64,000 bases of DNA from Flammeovirgaceae bacterium (GCA_021299455.1 JAJTGQ010000019.1:15855-79854), one strand, 5' to 3'; positions 42,165 through 53,306 are shown, counted from the stretch's first letter. Numbers and translations are program-made. Notes: generated by a model from the sequence alone, not told the origin.

Positions 42165-42353
42165 ATGAATACATCAAAGAAAATAGCAATTGGTTTAGGG
42201 GTAGCAGGTGGAGCGTTGTTGGCCGCATGGCTTTTAACGGGTGACCGAAAAAAGAAAACAAAAGAGTTTGTGTCTAAGGCTGCTAACGACATTAAGAACG
42301 TGTTTAATAACGAGGACAAAAAGAAAGACGACTCAGACGTACATTACGTTTAA
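42165..42353 (+). CDS. YtxH-like small membrane-anchored protein
   Basis: 62 aa. One TM segment (IAIGLGVAGGALLAAWLL) followed by a Lys-rich charged tail. Confidence 0.5.
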   Translation: MNTSKKIAIGLGVAGGALLAAWLLTGDRKKKTKEFVSKAANDIKNVFNNEDKKKDDSDVHYV

Positions 42354-42361
42354 GATTTGTA

Positions 42362-43405
42362 TCAAAGTGCTTCATAGTACAGAAAGGCATTCGTTACTTC
42401 CTCATTACTAACTTCTTGATCCCACACAGCTTTTCCAATACCTTTCGGCAAAGCCATTAGTATTTTTTCTCCCTTGTTTTTTTTGTCTTGGCTCATCAGC
42501 CCCATTACAAGGGCATGATCGAACGGCTGAGTTGGCTTTTTGAAAATGCTGTTGATGAATCGACAAATTGAGCTTAATTCTAATTTCGAGATTAGGCTCT
42601 TCTCACAAGCGACAAAGGCCTCCATGATCATCCCCATCGCAATAGCTTCCCCATGAAAGATGCGCATGCCCGTTGCCAAATAGTGGGTTTCAAGGGCATG
42701 GCCGATCGTGTGCCCAAAGTTCAGTATTTTTCGTAGCCCTTTTTCGCGAGGATCCTTTTCGGTAATCTTTTTCTTGATGTCTACAGAATGGGCAATCAGC
42801 TGATCCCAATCCTGTTCTCCCAGCGATTTTCTTGAGATGTGACCCCACATTTCTTTGTCTGCAATAATGCAGTGTTTAATCACTTCGGCAAACCCAGAAC
42901 GAAGCTCTCGCTCTGGCAAAGTCTTCAGGAAAGAAGAACTTATCAGCGTAGCCACTGGCTCCTGAAAAACTCCGATTTGATTTTTGAAGTGGAGAAAATC
43001 AATGCCCAGTTTACCGCCTACGCTTGCATCTACTTGTGCCAGCAGTGTCGTTGGCACCAATGCGAAGTTAATCCCCCTTTTGTAAGTGGCGGCACAAAAT
43101 CCTGCCATATCGCCCAACACTCCCCCCCCAACAACAAGAAGGAACGAATGTCTATCAAAATTGAGGTCGGTTAATTGCTGCCAGATTTGCGTGCAGGTTT
43201 CTAGATTTTTCGATTCTTCCCCCGCATTGACTTCCACTAATGAATGGGTTGGTAGGGCATCTTTTACCAGAGAATAGCAATGGGATTTAGTGTGGTTGTC
43301 AACAACAACGCCCAATTGAGTAAAAGACTGATCTCGTAAAAAACTTGAAACAAGCAGACTGGCGTCTTTATTGAATAGAATCTGGGCAGTTGACATGGCT
43401 AACAT
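42362..43405 (-). CDS. aroB: 3-dehydroquinate synthase
   Basis: GGGVLGDMAGF, VPTTLLAQVDASVGGK and HGEAIA motifs. Confidence 0.93.
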   Translation of the reverse strand: MLAMSTAQILFNKDASLLVSSFLRDQSFTQLGVVVDNHTKSHCYSLVKDALPTHSLVEVNAGEESKNLETCTQIWQQLTDLNFDRHSFLLVVGGGVLGDMAGFCAATYKRGINFALVPTTLLAQVDASVGGKLGIDFLHFKNQIGVFQEPVATLISSSFLKTLPERELRSGFAEVIKHCIIADKEMWGHISRKSLGEQDWDQLIAHSVDIKKKITEKDPREKGLRKILNFGHTIGHALETHYLATGMRIFHGEAIAMGMIMEAFVACEKSLISKLELSSICRFINSIFKKPTQPFDHALVMGLMSQDKKNKGEKILMALPKGIGKAVWDQEVSNEEVTNAFLYYEAL

Positions 43406-43472
43406 TCGAGCTTAAAAATAGGCGAAATATCTCCTTTTGGATGATTTAATCCCTAGAAATCTCCTTCCGTCT

Positions 43473-43480
43473 TATATTTG
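43473..43480 (+). promoter_or_regulatory. -7 box of a candidate promoter for the proline dehydrogenase gene
   Basis: TATATTTG matches TAnnTTTG and lies 15 nt upstream of ATG 43495. Confidence 0.35.
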
Positions 43481-43494
43481 TGGCCAATTCGATT

Positions 43495-44679
43495 ATGGAA
43501 ACTACCCCCTCAATTCAATTCGATAATACCGAAGTTGCTTTTTCTTATAAAAGTGATAAGGAATTGAAGAAAGCCAACTTCATTTTTTCATTGGTCAACC
43601 ACCCGATGATTTCCGGTTTGGCTACTTCTTTGGTAAAGTTTAGTTTGGGCCTTCGCTTACCGGTTAAAAATCTAATCCGGTTTACAGTTTTTGAGCACTT
43701 TTGTGGAGGAGAGACCGCAGAAGAAAGCGAAAAAACGATTGAGAAATTGGCTCAATACCAGGTAGGTACTATTCTTGATTACTCGGTGGAGGGCAAACAT
43801 GATGAGGCTAGTTTTGACCAGACGACCCGCGAGATACTATCCACCTTTGACGAAGCCACAAAGAGCCGGTCCGTTCCGTTTTGTGTGTTCAAAACGACAG
43901 GCCTCGGCTCTTCTGAAATACTAGAAAAAGTGCAAGCAAAGTCAGTTCTCACAGCAGAAGAGATGGCTGCATTTGGCCGAGTGAAAACGAGGGTAGAACA
44001 AATCTGCCAGCGTGCTTTTGAAACTCAAGTGCCCGTTCTGATTGACGCGGAAGATAGTTGGATTCAAAATCCCATTGATGACATGGCTTATGAAATGATG
44101 AAGAAGTACAATCAGAAAAAAACGATTGTCTATAACACGTTTCAGATGTATAGGGCAGATATGCTGGGTAATCTGCGCACTGCGTTTCACAACGCGGCCA
44201 TGCATAATTATTTTCTGGGTGTGAAAATGGTTCGTGGTGCCTACATGGAGAAGGAAGCAGAACGGGCGGCCAAACTAGGATATCCAAATCCGATTCATCC
44301 ATCAAAACAAGCAACCGATGACGCCTTTAATCAAGGATTGGCATTCTGCGTTGACAACAAACAGCGCGTTTCGGTTTTGTGTGGATCTCACAATGAATAC
44401 AGCAATCAATATTTGACTGTGCTTATGCATAAGCATGGGATGAAGACCAACGATCAGCGCGTATGGTTTGCTCAGTTATTGGGAATGAGTGATAATATTT
44501 CATTTAATCTCGCAAAGGCCGGTTATAATGTGGCAAAGTATGTACCCTACGGGCCAGTTGAGTCTGTTATGCCTTATCTATTGAGGCGGGCGGCTGAAAA
44601 TACGTCTGTTGCTGGGCAAAGCAGTAGAGAGCTTGGGCTTATTAAAAAGGAATTGAAGAGAAGAAGTCAACCGGGTTAA
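43495..44679 (+). CDS. Proline dehydrogenase (monofunctional PutA-like)
   Basis: Start moved to METTPSIQ because the track GTG at 43480 lies inside the -7 box. VLIDAEDSW, VRGAYM and C-terminal YLLRRAAENTS motifs. Confidence 0.85.
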   Translation: METTPSIQFDNTEVAFSYKSDKELKKANFIFSLVNHPMISGLATSLVKFSLGLRLPVKNLIRFTVFEHFCGGETAEESEKTIEKLAQYQVGTILDYSVEGKHDEASFDQTTREILSTFDEATKSRSVPFCVFKTTGLGSSEILEKVQAKSVLTAEEMAAFGRVKTRVEQICQRAFETQVPVLIDAEDSWIQNPIDDMAYEMMKKYNQKKTIVYNTFQMYRADMLGNLRTAFHNAAMHNYFLGVKMVRGAYMEKEAERAAKLGYPNPIHPSKQATDDAFNQGLAFCVDNKQRVSVLCGSHNEYSNQYLTVLMHKHGMKTNDQRVWFAQLLGMSDNISFNLAKAGYNVAKYVPYGPVESVMPYLLRRAAENTSVAGQSSRELGLIKKELKRRSQPG

Positions 44680-44708
44680 CACATATAATATTTGTTACTT
44701 TTGTAATC

Positions 44709-44999
44709 ATGGAAAGGGACGACATCCTGGCATTTTTACGACTGCAAAAGCTTGCCTTTAAAACGGAAATGGGAATTAGTAAGATTGGCCTTTTTGGGTC
44801 ACTTGCTCGCAACGAGAAGCCGAAGGACATCGATATTATAGTGGAGTTTGAGCCAGGCACACAAGATCTTTTCGAAAAGAAGTTTAAGATCAAACAAATT
44901 ATAGAAGCGAGATTTAATTTTCCAACAGACATTTGTAGAGAAAAGTTTATTAAGCCAAATGTGAAAGAACTAATCATGCGCGATGTCATTTTTGTCTGA
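44709..44999 (+). CDS. MNT-type nucleotidyltransferase antitoxin (MntA-like)
   Basis: 96 aa. GLFGSLARNE followed by DIDIIVEF gives the GS...DxD pol-beta nucleotidyltransferase signature. Confidence 0.8.
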   Translation: MERDDILAFLRLQKLAFKTEMGISKIGLFGSLARNEKPKDIDIIVEFEPGTQDLFEKKFKIKQIIEARFNFPTDICREKFIKPNVKELIMRDVIFV

Positions 45000-45327
45000 A
45001 AAAGATACAATCAACCTCCGGGCCATCGCAGATTCTGTCCGAAAAATTGAAAACTTTGTTGCAGGAATAGCAGATAGCGAGCAATTTCGCAAGGATGAAA
45101 AGACATTTGATTCGGTTCTTATGAATTTTGTAGTCATTGGCGAATCTGTTGAGCGATTGACTGACGATTTTAAGAAGACCAATATCGAGATCCACTGGGG
45201 CAGAATTAAGTCCTTTCGAAACTTGGTTGCCCATAATTATTTTGGAATAGACTCAGAAGAGGTTTGGCAATTGATCCACACCCATTTACCAGTTTTGAAA
45301 CAGTACATTAACAAAATTTTAGTTTAA
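44983..45327 (+). CDS. HEPN-domain (DUF86, HepT-like) RNase toxin
   Basis: 114 aa. RNLVAHNY is the Rx4HxY HEPN motif. 17-nt overlap with the MNT gene. Confidence 0.8.
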   Translation: MSFLSEKDTINLRAIADSVRKIENFVAGIADSEQFRKDEKTFDSVLMNFVVIGESVERLTDDFKKTNIEIHWGRIKSFRNLVAHNYFGIDSEEVWQLIHTHLPVLKQYINKILV

Positions 45328-45335
45328 GAAAAGGT

Positions 45336-47060
45336 ATGCTAAGCGAACAAGAAATCATCCGTAGGCAAAGTATGGACGAGTTGAACAAACTCGGAATCAA
45401 TCCCTATCCTGCTGAGTTATTTGAAGTGAATGTTACGTCACAAGAAATTCATGCCAACTATCCGCAAAGGGAATACAAGAATATTTCTATTGCAGGTCGG
45501 ATAATGACACGCAGAGTAATGGGCAATGCCTCATTTGCAGAATTACAAGATGAAGCGGGTCGTATTCAGATCTATTTCAGGCGAGACGATATTTGCCCGA
45601 CAGAAGATAAAACACTTTACAATATTGTTTTCAAAAAGTTGCTTGACATTGGGGATATCATCGGTGTCAATGGATTTGTGTTTACAACTCAAACTGGAGA
45701 AGTTTCGATTCACGTAACAAGCTTCAAGGTGCTGGCAAAAGCATTGCGCCCGTTACCCATTGTGAAAGAAACGCAAGACGATCAAGGGAACACCGTTTTA
45801 CACGATGCTTTTACAGATCCTGAACAGCGATATCGTATGCGCTACGTTGACTTGACTGTCAACCCTAAAGTTCGGGATGCGTTTGTGAAGCGTACTCAAT
45901 TGGTCAACTCCATGCGTAGCTACCTAACCGGAAAAGGATACCTGGAAGTCGAGACACCGATCCTTCAACCACTGTATGGAGGAGCAGCCGCGAAGCCTTT
46001 TAAAACGCATCACAATTCGCTGGATATGACATTATACCTGCGTATTGCCAATGAACTATATTTAAAACGATTGATAGTTGGCGGCTTCAATGGAGTGTAT
46101 GAATTCTCAAAAGATTTCCGAAACGAAGGCATGTCGCGTTTTCATAATCCGGAGTTTACTCAGGTAGAATTGTATGTTGCCTACAAAGATTATTATTGGA
46201 TGATGGATTTGGTGGAGGAGATGATCGAAAAGGTAGCTCTGGATCTCCACGGGACTACTGAAGTAAAAGTAGGCGAGAACATCATCAATTTTAAACGACC
46301 CTGGAAAAGATTCACCATGTACGAGGCGATCCATCATTTTACAGGTGTTGATATTTCGCAAATGGATGAATCTGCTCTGCGCGAAACATGCAAGCAACTG
46401 CTGGTTCCTGCCGATGCCACAATGGGGAAAGGAAAACTGATCGACCAAATTTTTGGTGAAAAATGTGAGCATCAGTTGATTCAGCCTACTTTTATAACTG
46501 ACTATCCGTTGGAGATGTCGCCATTGGCAAAGAAGCATCGAAGCAAACCCGGGTTAGTCGAACGTTTTGAAGCCATTTGCAATCGAAAAGAGATCTGCAA
46601 TTCGTTTTCTGAATTAAATGATCCCATCGATCAGCGCGCCCGATTTGAAGAGCAATTGGAGCTAGGTAAGCGAGGCGATGAAGAAGCGATGACACTCGAT
46701 GAAGATTTTTTGCGTGCGCTGGAATATGGAATGCCACCTACTGCAGGGTTGGGCATTGGTATCGATCGCCTTGCAATGGTGATGACTAATTCATCTTCTA
46801 TTCAGGATGTGATTTTCTTCCCTCAGATGAAGCCGGAAAAAAATCTAACCGTAGATCCTCAAACTGAATTTGAGCAAGCTGGCATTCGTGCTGAATTAAT
46901 TCCGATCTTAGTTAAGTTGGGCGTTCAGTCGATGGTCCAATTGAAAGAGATGAAGCCTACAAAACTTTTTAATGACATCCCAGGGATGCGGAAAAAGTTA
47001 AAACTGGAAACGGTGCAAAACCCCACATTGCAAGAAATTGAAGGTTGGCAGAACGCCTAG
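45336..47060 (+). CDS. lysS: Lysine--tRNA ligase (class II) with a ~70-aa C-terminal extension
   Basis: OB-fold N-domain and class II motifs ([30 protein letters not shown]), followed by an extra helical tail. Confidence 0.95.
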   Translation: MLSEQEIIRRQSMDELNKLGINPYPAELFEVNVTSQEIHANYPQREYKNISIAGRIMTRRVMGNASFAELQDEAGRIQIYFRRDDICPTEDKTLYNIVFKKLLDIGDIIGVNGFVFTTQTGEVSIHVTSFKVLAKALRPLPIVKETQDDQGNTVLHDAFTDPEQRYRMRYVDLTVNPKVRDAFVKRTQLVNSMRSYLTGKGYLEVETPILQPLYGGAAAKPFKTHHNSLDMTLYLRIANELYLKRLIVGGFNGVYEFSKDFRNEGMSRFHNPEFTQVELYVAYKDYYWMMDLVEEMIEKVALDLHGTTEVKVGENIINFKRPWKRFTMYEAIHHFTGVDISQMDESALRETCKQLLVPADATMGKGKLIDQIFGEKCEHQLIQPTFITDYPLEMSPLAKKHRSKPGLVERFEAICNRKEICNSFSELNDPIDQRARFEEQLELGKRGDEEAMTLDEDFLRALEYGMPPTAGLGIGIDRLAMVMTNSSSIQDVIFFPQMKPEKNLTVDPQTEFEQAGIRAELIPILVKLGVQSMVQLKEMKPTKLFNDIPGMRKKLKLETVQNPTLQEIEGWQNA

Positions 47061-49987
47061 CGAACGTCAAAGAATGATCTCGTCCGATTAAGTTTTAGAT
47101 CGCGTAGTAAGGCCGATTTAACACCGATGTTAAACATGTAGTTTTGGAAAGGGCCAAAAGGAACCCAGCTAAGAGAAAGCTGCCAGCAATGTATATCTCG
47201 ATTGATCGAAAAACTCGTTTGAGTGATTTCGCTTCTTACAAAATCGTAGCCCGAGTTGAATACTACTTTCCATTTTTCTGTCATGGAAATATCGCCTGAA
47301 AAATTCAGAGCCTGCGTAATTTGCGCGGGTTGGTTAGTGCCTCTTGAATAATTGATATTATAATTCAGGCGCAAATTCCACGGAATCTTAAAATCGATAT
47401 AGGTATTGGCATTTTGAAGCAGGTAGGCTTTATCAGCTTCAGAAGCATTTGATTTGGCAATTTGATCGCGCGACTGAGTGTCGCTCTTCTGGCCCTTTGG
47501 ATTAAGATTGGTGCTAAATGCTAATCCCGCAGAAGTAATTCGCCCAAGGCCTTGCCCCACATTCCATGCATATCGATCTAATCTTCGCTCTATAATAGAC
47601 GTTCCTTCTGCTGGAATCGTCAGATCATTTCTGCTCTTTTCGTATTGATAAGGATCCAACGATCCGTTTATGTTAATGTTAACTTTGTTGTTTAAGATAT
47701 TCGTGTTGGCGCTGATGGAAATCGTAGCGAGCTTAAATGAATCGGCTGCGAAATTGTAGCCTGTACCAATAGATAAATTATTAAAAATCGGAATCTTTTT
47801 ATCGACTGTATCTTTTTTTCCCCTCACTTTCATTTCGATTGTGTTTCCCAAGCCGAAGCTCAGTGAGTTACTTATGCCTTGTCTAGATGAGCCATATACA
47901 AATCCTTCGTGCCTAGACTTTCGCACTTCGTATTCTTTTCCTTTTGCGTCTTTTAACTTAACAGCCTGATAATACCCGTAACTGGGGTCTCCAAAGTCCG
48001 GTGTGTAGTTATAGGAGATATTGGGTGTGATCACATGCCGAATCCCCCTGATACTACTCGTTGGATTCTCTGCCAAATAAGTTCCAAAAATTCGAGTGGT
48101 AACAGAGACTCCCATCGAAAAATTATTGATACGATTGAAGACGTTAGCTGTGTCTTTGACCACCGCTGTTTTTCCGGTTGCATCCGCCCCCCAATTAAGT
48201 TGTCTGAAGTACCATGTTTCATCGATCGATATATTCGGGCTAACCGCAAAAAATTTCATCACCTTCACGGTGGTTGAGATCGGGATGTTGTGTTTGATAC
48301 CACTCTTCGCATTTTTAAAAAGGGTGGGTAGGTTTTGGAAATCAAAACTCGCAATGCTGTCTTTCGTGGAATTTCCTATCCGGCCTAAGTTATTTGTGAT
48401 TTGATTTGTTCCGGCCAGGCTATATCGAATATTAAAATTGTCAGCGGCCTCACCCAGCTTTTTGTTTTTTAATGGATATAAGTTGTTGACATTAAATGTG
48501 ATGTCAGGCATCGGCAAATCGACCTGGCCGGTTGCCAAATCCTGGCTGTGCCTTAAGTTAATTCCCGCTGAGAACGGGGTGCCGGGAAAAATTTTTGACA
48601 AGGAGATATTGGAGGTAAGTTTTCTGGAGATGTTATCCGGACGTTGTTGGTTGGGATTCACATTAACGCCCAAAAAATTGTTAGTAGTAAACGAAGACGT
48701 GGCAGCATTAACAGAAGCAGAAAAACGAGTATTCCCCTTTGATTTTGGCGAATGACTCCAAGTTAACTGGAAATCGCGGAGGCGGCTTTGGTCCTCGAAT
48801 TTATCGGAAACCTGATTACTGGTATAGGAAAAATTAAAAGAGCCGTTGTATTTATACCGATTGTTATAGACCGTGTTTATCTTCAACGCATTAGATCCTT
48901 TTGTATAGAGATCTGCAAGCAAGGTAATTTTCAAGTAGTCACTAATATCAAAAAAGTACCCTCCATTGCGTAGGAAGAAGCCCCTTCGTTGCTCTTCCCC
49001 ATACTCTGGCACGATGATACCTGAGGCGCTTTTTCGGGGTGAAGGAAACATACCAAACGCAAAGCCCAGTGGAGTTGGTACATGATTAAATTCCATGTAG
49101 AAAGGACCGGTAATTGTTTTGTCGCCCGGCACCGCTTTTGCTTTTTTGGAAACGATTCGAAAATGAGGATCTTTTAAATCACAAGTAGTGTAGGTGTTTC
49201 CAATAGTGAATAATTCATTTTTTGAATTTTTATAAACTACATCCCCAGCTACAAAGCCATCGCCTTGTTTGGTGACGACTTCCGAGATTTTGGCTTTTCT
49301 GTTTTTAAAATTATAGACCATGTCCTTGGTCTCGTAGGAGTCGTTGCCGTCTTTAAAAATCGGAAAACCAACCAGCCTTCCCAAAGAGTCTGGTTTACCA
49401 TTGGCAGTAATGGTGGAGGTTTCGTAATTAATGGTAATCAATTCGGCATCTAATTCAATGGTGCCATATTTCACTTTTGCATCGCCATAGAGCTTTACGA
49501 TTTTATTGTCCAGACTGAAATTGATTGAATCGGTGGCGGAATAAAAAATGGTGGTTTCGATATCTCCTTTTTTTGCATTCTTAACCGAGTCCTGTCTCGC
49601 TTTAACCTTCAATGAATCTTGGCTGACGACTGACGTATCTTGTGGATTGCTATTTAATCGTCTAGTCCCAAGCGTGTCAGTCTTTATCGGAAGAAGGCCT
49701 GGTTGTTTAACGGAACGCTCAACTTGGCCAAATACGGGAGATCCGATTGTGAGGATAAAGGTAAATAAAGCTATGACGGAGGGAGCCTTCCTTCCTTTGG
49801 AATTGATTTTCAGTAGTTTACGGTTTAACGAAAAATTCACAACTTTACACAAACTTATTGCAATTAGTCCAGACCACAGTACTACCGTGCGGAATATCCA
49901 ACTTACGCTTTTGATCTTAGCAATAACCTTGCTAAACTCTTCAGCCACTTTTCGTCCTACAGGTTTCAAACTTGAAACGATTGTCAT
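47057..49987 (-). CDS. LptD/OstA-like outer-membrane LPS-assembly protein (start uncertain)
   Basis: OstA-like N-domain ([25 protein letters not shown]) and a very long beta-barrel-like body. Alternative starts TTG 49852 or GTG 49840 would give a cleaner signal peptide, (M)[38 protein letters not shown]. Confidence 0.7.
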   Translation of the reverse strand: MTIVSSLKPVGRKVAEEFSKVIAKIKSVSWIFRTVVLWSGLIAISLCKVVNFSLNRKLLKINSKGRKAPSVIALFTFILTIGSPVFGQVERSVKQPGLLPIKTDTLGTRRLNSNPQDTSVVSQDSLKVKARQDSVKNAKKGDIETTIFYSATDSINFSLDNKIVKLYGDAKVKYGTIELDAELITINYETSTITANGKPDSLGRLVGFPIFKDGNDSYETKDMVYNFKNRKAKISEVVTKQGDGFVAGDVVYKNSKNELFTIGNTYTTCDLKDPHFRIVSKKAKAVPGDKTITGPFYMEFNHVPTPLGFAFGMFPSPRKSASGIIVPEYGEEQRRGFFLRNGGYFFDISDYLKITLLADLYTKGSNALKINTVYNNRYKYNGSFNFSYTSNQVSDKFEDQSRLRDFQLTWSHSPKSKGNTRFSASVNAATSSFTTNNFLGVNVNPNQQRPDNISRKLTSNISLSKIFPGTPFSAGINLRHSQDLATGQVDLPMPDITFNVNNLYPLKNKKLGEAADNFNIRYSLAGTNQITNNLGRIGNSTKDSIASFDFQNLPTLFKNAKSGIKHNIPISTTVKVMKFFAVSPNISIDETWYFRQLNWGADATGKTAVVKDTANVFNRINNFSMGVSVTTRIFGTYLAENPTSSIRGIRHVITPNISYNYTPDFGDPSYGYYQAVKLKDAKGKEYEVRKSRHEGFVYGSSRQGISNSLSFGLGNTIEMKVRGKKDTVDKKIPIFNNLSIGTGYNFAADSFKLATISISANTNILNNKVNININGSLDPYQYEKSRNDLTIPAEGTSIIERRLDRYAWNVGQGLGRITSAGLAFSTNLNPKGQKSDTQSRDQIAKSNASEADKAYLLQNANTYIDFKIPWNLRLNYNINYSRGTNQPAQITQALNFSGDISMTEKWKVVFNSGYDFVRSEITQTSFSINRDIHCWQLSLSWVPFGPFQNYMFNIGVKSALLRDLKLNRTRSFFDVR

Positions 49988-50669
49988 TGACCCCGGTCAT
50001 GGTGGCAAAGATCCGGGTACCCACGGCAATAAGACTAAGGAAAAGGATATTGCTCTTAAAATTTCGCTAAAGTTGGGCAGTTATATTGAGAAGAATATTC
50101 CGGGGGTGAAGGTGATCTATACTCGGAAAACGGATGAATATGTTTCACTCGATGAGCGTGCGGAGATCGCCAATCGAAACAAGGCACAGCTTTTTATATG
50201 TATTCATGCCAACTCATTGCCGGGTGCACCTGCCTACGGCACCGAGACGTTCGTAATGGGGCTAAGCAAGGATAAAGGAAATTTTGAAGTGGCGAAACGA
50301 GAGAACGAAGTAATTTTGATGGATGAAAACTATAAAGAACGCTACGAAGGGTTTGATCCAAAGAGCCCGGAGTCTTACATTTTGTTTACTTTGAGTCAAA
50401 GTGCGTACCACGAAAGTAGTCTGAGGTTTGCTCAAAAGGTCGAAACGCAATTTAAGACGAAAGCGGGTAGGTTTAGTAGGGGCGTAAAACAGGCTGGCTT
50501 TTTAGTGTTGTGGCGCACTTCGATGCCAAGTGTGTTAGTCGAGTGTGGGTTTTTGTCGAACGGTAAAGAAGAAGGTTTCTTGGCTTCAGAAGAAGGGCAG
50601 GACTTGATCGCGTCTGGAATTTATAGAGCCTTTAAAGAGTATAAAACTGAAATTGAATCTATAAACTGA
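49887..50669 (+). CDS. N-acetylmuramoyl-L-alanine amidase (Amidase_3 family); start uncertain
   Basis: [19 protein letters not shown], and GFLVLWRTSMPSVLVECGFLSN motifs. GTG 49887 gives a signal-like (M)[15 protein letters not shown]. Track ORF 49548-50669 extends far upstream. Confidence 0.8.
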   Translation: MRNIQLTLLILAITLLNSSATFRPTGFKLETIVIDPGHGGKDPGTHGNKTKEKDIALKISLKLGSYIEKNIPGVKVIYTRKTDEYVSLDERAEIANRNKAQLFICIHANSLPGAPAYGTETFVMGLSKDKGNFEVAKRENEVILMDENYKERYEGFDPKSPESYILFTLSQSAYHESSLRFAQKVETQFKTKAGRFSRGVKQAGFLVLWRTSMPSVLVECGFLSNGKEEGFLASEEGQDLIASGIYRAFKEYKTEIESIN

Positions 50670-51667
50670 TGTTGTTTAAGACAAGAGAATTCAAGGTTGG
50701 CCTGTTTGTAGCTATGGCCATTGTAATGCTGTATTTTGGATTTAATTATCTGAAAGGCATAGATTTTTTTACGAGTGTAAAAAGGTACTATGTGGTCTAC
50801 GACAACATCAACCAATTAGCCATCTCTAATCCCGTTTTGGTTAATGGCTATCCTGTGGGCCGCGTGAGCCGTATTGGAATTCTGCAAAATAAAAACAATC
50901 GCGTGTTGGTAGAATTGGAAATTGATGCCACGATTGTTTTGAATGATGGAACTAAGGCAATTCTTACCAGTGAGTTATTGGGGGGTAAATCTGTCTTACT
51001 CACATTTGGCCAGTCTTCTAAGGAATTAAAGAATGGAGATACGCTACGCGCTGAAGTTGCAAAGGGGATGTTTGATGTGTTTTCAGAAACGGCTTCGCCC
51101 GTAGCAACAGATTTGCAAACCACACTTCGGAAATTCAATACTATTATTGACAACCTGACAAAAAATTCTCAGCAATTGGAAGTTATCTTTTCAAAGCTTG
51201 AAAAGACCCCGGATTTGCTTAATACAACGCTCATCACTGCCAATGGCAGAATTGAAGTTGTGTCTGGAACCCTTAAATCCGTTGGTGAAAATTTTAATAC
51301 CACGCTGAATGAATTAAAGCCAACTCTCCAGAATTTCAAAACCCTTTCGGATTCACTTAAGATGCTGAAGCTGAATCACACGTTGAGCAAAACACAGCAG
51401 GCCATTTCAAACCTGAATGTGACCTTGGGCAAGTTGAACAAAGGCGACAACACAATGAGTAAGCTATTGACCGAGGATACACTTTATGTTAACCTGAACA
51501 GACTAATCAAGAGTTTGGATAGTTTGGCGAATCATTTAAATGATAATCCGAAGCACTTTCTTTCTCCTTTGGGGAAAAGCAAAAAGAAGATTGACCGTGA
51601 CAGGCGCAGAGCCGCGGAAGAGAAGAAGAAAAAAGCTGCATCAAGCACCCCTGTAAAGAAGCCATAA
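50669..51667 (+). CDS. MlaD/MCE-family protein
   Basis: N-terminal TM helix, MCE domain (VNGYPVGRVSRI), long helical region and a basic tail. Confidence 0.8.
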   Translation: MLFKTREFKVGLFVAMAIVMLYFGFNYLKGIDFFTSVKRYYVVYDNINQLAISNPVLVNGYPVGRVSRIGILQNKNNRVLVELEIDATIVLNDGTKAILTSELLGGKSVLLTFGQSSKELKNGDTLRAEVAKGMFDVFSETASPVATDLQTTLRKFNTIIDNLTKNSQQLEVIFSKLEKTPDLLNTTLITANGRIEVVSGTLKSVGENFNTTLNELKPTLQNFKTLSDSLKMLKLNHTLSKTQQAISNLNVTLGKLNKGDNTMSKLLTEDTLYVNLNRLIKSLDSLANHLNDNPKHFLSPLGKSKKKIDRDRRRAAEEKKKKAASSTPVKKP

Positions 51668-51680
51668 GCTTTACGACCGA

Positions 51681-53306
51681 ATGGATTTAGAATTCAATAA
51701 GAATGAAGATCAGCTGAAACAACTTTGTTTTCAGTTGAAGTCGAAGGCTCAAAAGACAATGTTGGGTGGAGGCGAGAAAAAGATTGAAGACCAACATCAA
51801 AAAGGAAAGTTAACGGCTCGCGAGCGAATTGAATATCTCATCGATAAAAATTCCCCTTTTTTAGAGATTGGCCTTTTTGTAGGAGATGGGATGTACAAAG
51901 AGCAAGGCGGTTGCCCTTCGGGAGGAGTGGTTACGGGTATTGGTTATGTCAAGGGCAGGCAGTGTGTCATTGTCGCGAACGATGCAACTGTAAAGGCGGG
52001 AGCATGGTTTCCTATAACGGCAAAGAAAAATCTTCGGGCACAAGAAGTTGCGATGGAGAATCATTTGCCTATCATTTATCTTGTTGATAGCGCTGGCGTC
52101 TTTCTCCCTATGCAAGATGAGATTTTTCCAGACAAAGAACATTTCGGCCGTCAGTTTAGAAACAACGCAAAGATGTCCTCCATGGGCATTATACAAATTG
52201 CTGCCATCATGGGTAGCTGTGTGGCTGGTGGCGCCTATCTGCCCATCATGTCAGATGAGGCAATGATTGTGGATAAAACCGGGTCGATTTTTTTGGCTGG
52301 ATCCTATTTGGTTAAAGCAGCTATTGGCGAAGACATTGACAATGAAACATTGGGAGGTGCCACCACCCATTGCGAGATTTCGGGCGTTACAGACAATAAA
52401 TTTCCCTCTGATCAGGCTTGCTTGGATCATATTCGTGGGCTGTTCGATAAAATAGGAGCCAAAGAGAAAGCTGGATTTGACAGAGTCGAAAAAAAATCAC
52501 CAAAGTTAAAACCGGAAGAAATCTATGGGCTAATACCGAGCGACCGCACAAAGCCCTATGATATGGGCGAGATCATCAAGCGGTTGGTCGATGATTCGGA
52601 GTTTGATGAATACAAAGCATTATATGGAAAGACCATCCTGTGCGGCTTTGCCAGAATTGAAGGATGGGCGGTGGGCATCGTTGCTAACCAACGCAAGACG
52701 GTAAAAAATAAAAAGGGTGAGATGCAGATGGGTGGCGTCATCTACTCAGATTCTGCAGACAAGGCGGCACGGTTCATTATGAATTGCAACCAGCGAAAAA
52801 TACCACTTCTATTTTTGCAAGACGTTAGTGGGTTTATGGTCGGCAGCAAGGCTGAGCATGGCGGCATTATTAAAGATGGCGCAAAGATGGTGAATGCGAT
52901 GGCCAACTCTACGGTGCCCAAGTTTACCATTATCATTGGTAATTCGTATGGAGCCGGCAATTATGCGATGTGTGGTAAAGCCTACGACCCGCGTCTTATT
53001 TATGCTTGGCCGACAGCTCAAATCGCAGTTATGAGTGGCGCGTCTGCGGCAAAAACACTGCTACAAATTCGGGTAAGTACGTTGAAGGCACAAGGAAAAA
53101 CAATCTCAAAAGAAGAAGAAGAATTGTTGTTGAAGGAGATTACGGATAAGTACAACGAGCAGTTGAGTCCGTATTATGCTGCTTCGCGATTGTGGGTAGA
53201 CGGTGTGATTGATCCAATGGAAACACGAAAAGTCATTTCAATGGGAATTGAAGCAGCGAATCACGCACGGATTGAAAAATTTAACGTGGGAGTTATTCAA
53301 ACATAG
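51681..53306 (+). CDS. Acyl-CoA carboxylase carboxyltransferase subunit (methylcrotonoyl-CoA-type)
   Basis: 541 aa with GGGEKKIEDQHQKGKLTARERI, VANDATVKAG and GNSYGAGNYAMCG motifs. Paralog of 36137-37693. Confidence 0.88.
   Translation: MDLEFNKNEDQLKQLCFQLKSKAQKTMLGGGEKKIEDQHQKGKLTARERIEYLIDKNSPFLEIGLFVGDGMYKEQGGCPSGGVVTGIGYVKGRQCVIVANDATVKAGAWFPITAKKNLRAQEVAMENHLPIIYLVDSAGVFLPMQDEIFPDKEHFGRQFRNNAKMSSMGIIQIAAIMGSCVAGGAYLPIMSDEAMIVDKTGSIFLAGSYLVKAAIGEDIDNETLGGATTHCEISGVTDNKFPSDQACLDHIRGLFDKIGAKEKAGFDRVEKKSPKLKPEEIYGLIPSDRTKPYDMGEIIKRLVDDSEFDEYKALYGKTILCGFARIEGWAVGIVANQRKTVKNKKGEMQMGGVIYSDSADKAARFIMNCNQRKIPLLFLQDVSGFMVGSKAEHGGIIKDGAKMVNAMANSTVPKFTIIIGNSYGAGNYAMCGKAYDPRLIYAWPTAQIAVMSGASAAKTLLQIRVSTLKAQGKTISKEEEELLLKEITDKYNEQLSPYYAASRLWVDGVIDPMETRKVISMGIEAANHARIEKFNVGVIQT

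Noticed and set aside
43480-43494. GTG start at 43480 for the proline dehydrogenase ORF.
   Set aside because: The GTG is the last base of the TATATTTG -7 box plus two further bases. ATG 43495 gives a sensible leader.
49548-49886. Long N-terminal extension of the amidase ORF, giving the 373-aa version in the track.
   Set aside because: The extension has no signal peptide or domain features and runs antisense through the LptD-like N-terminus. The Amidase_3 domain starts right after a signal-like segment reachable from GTG 49887.
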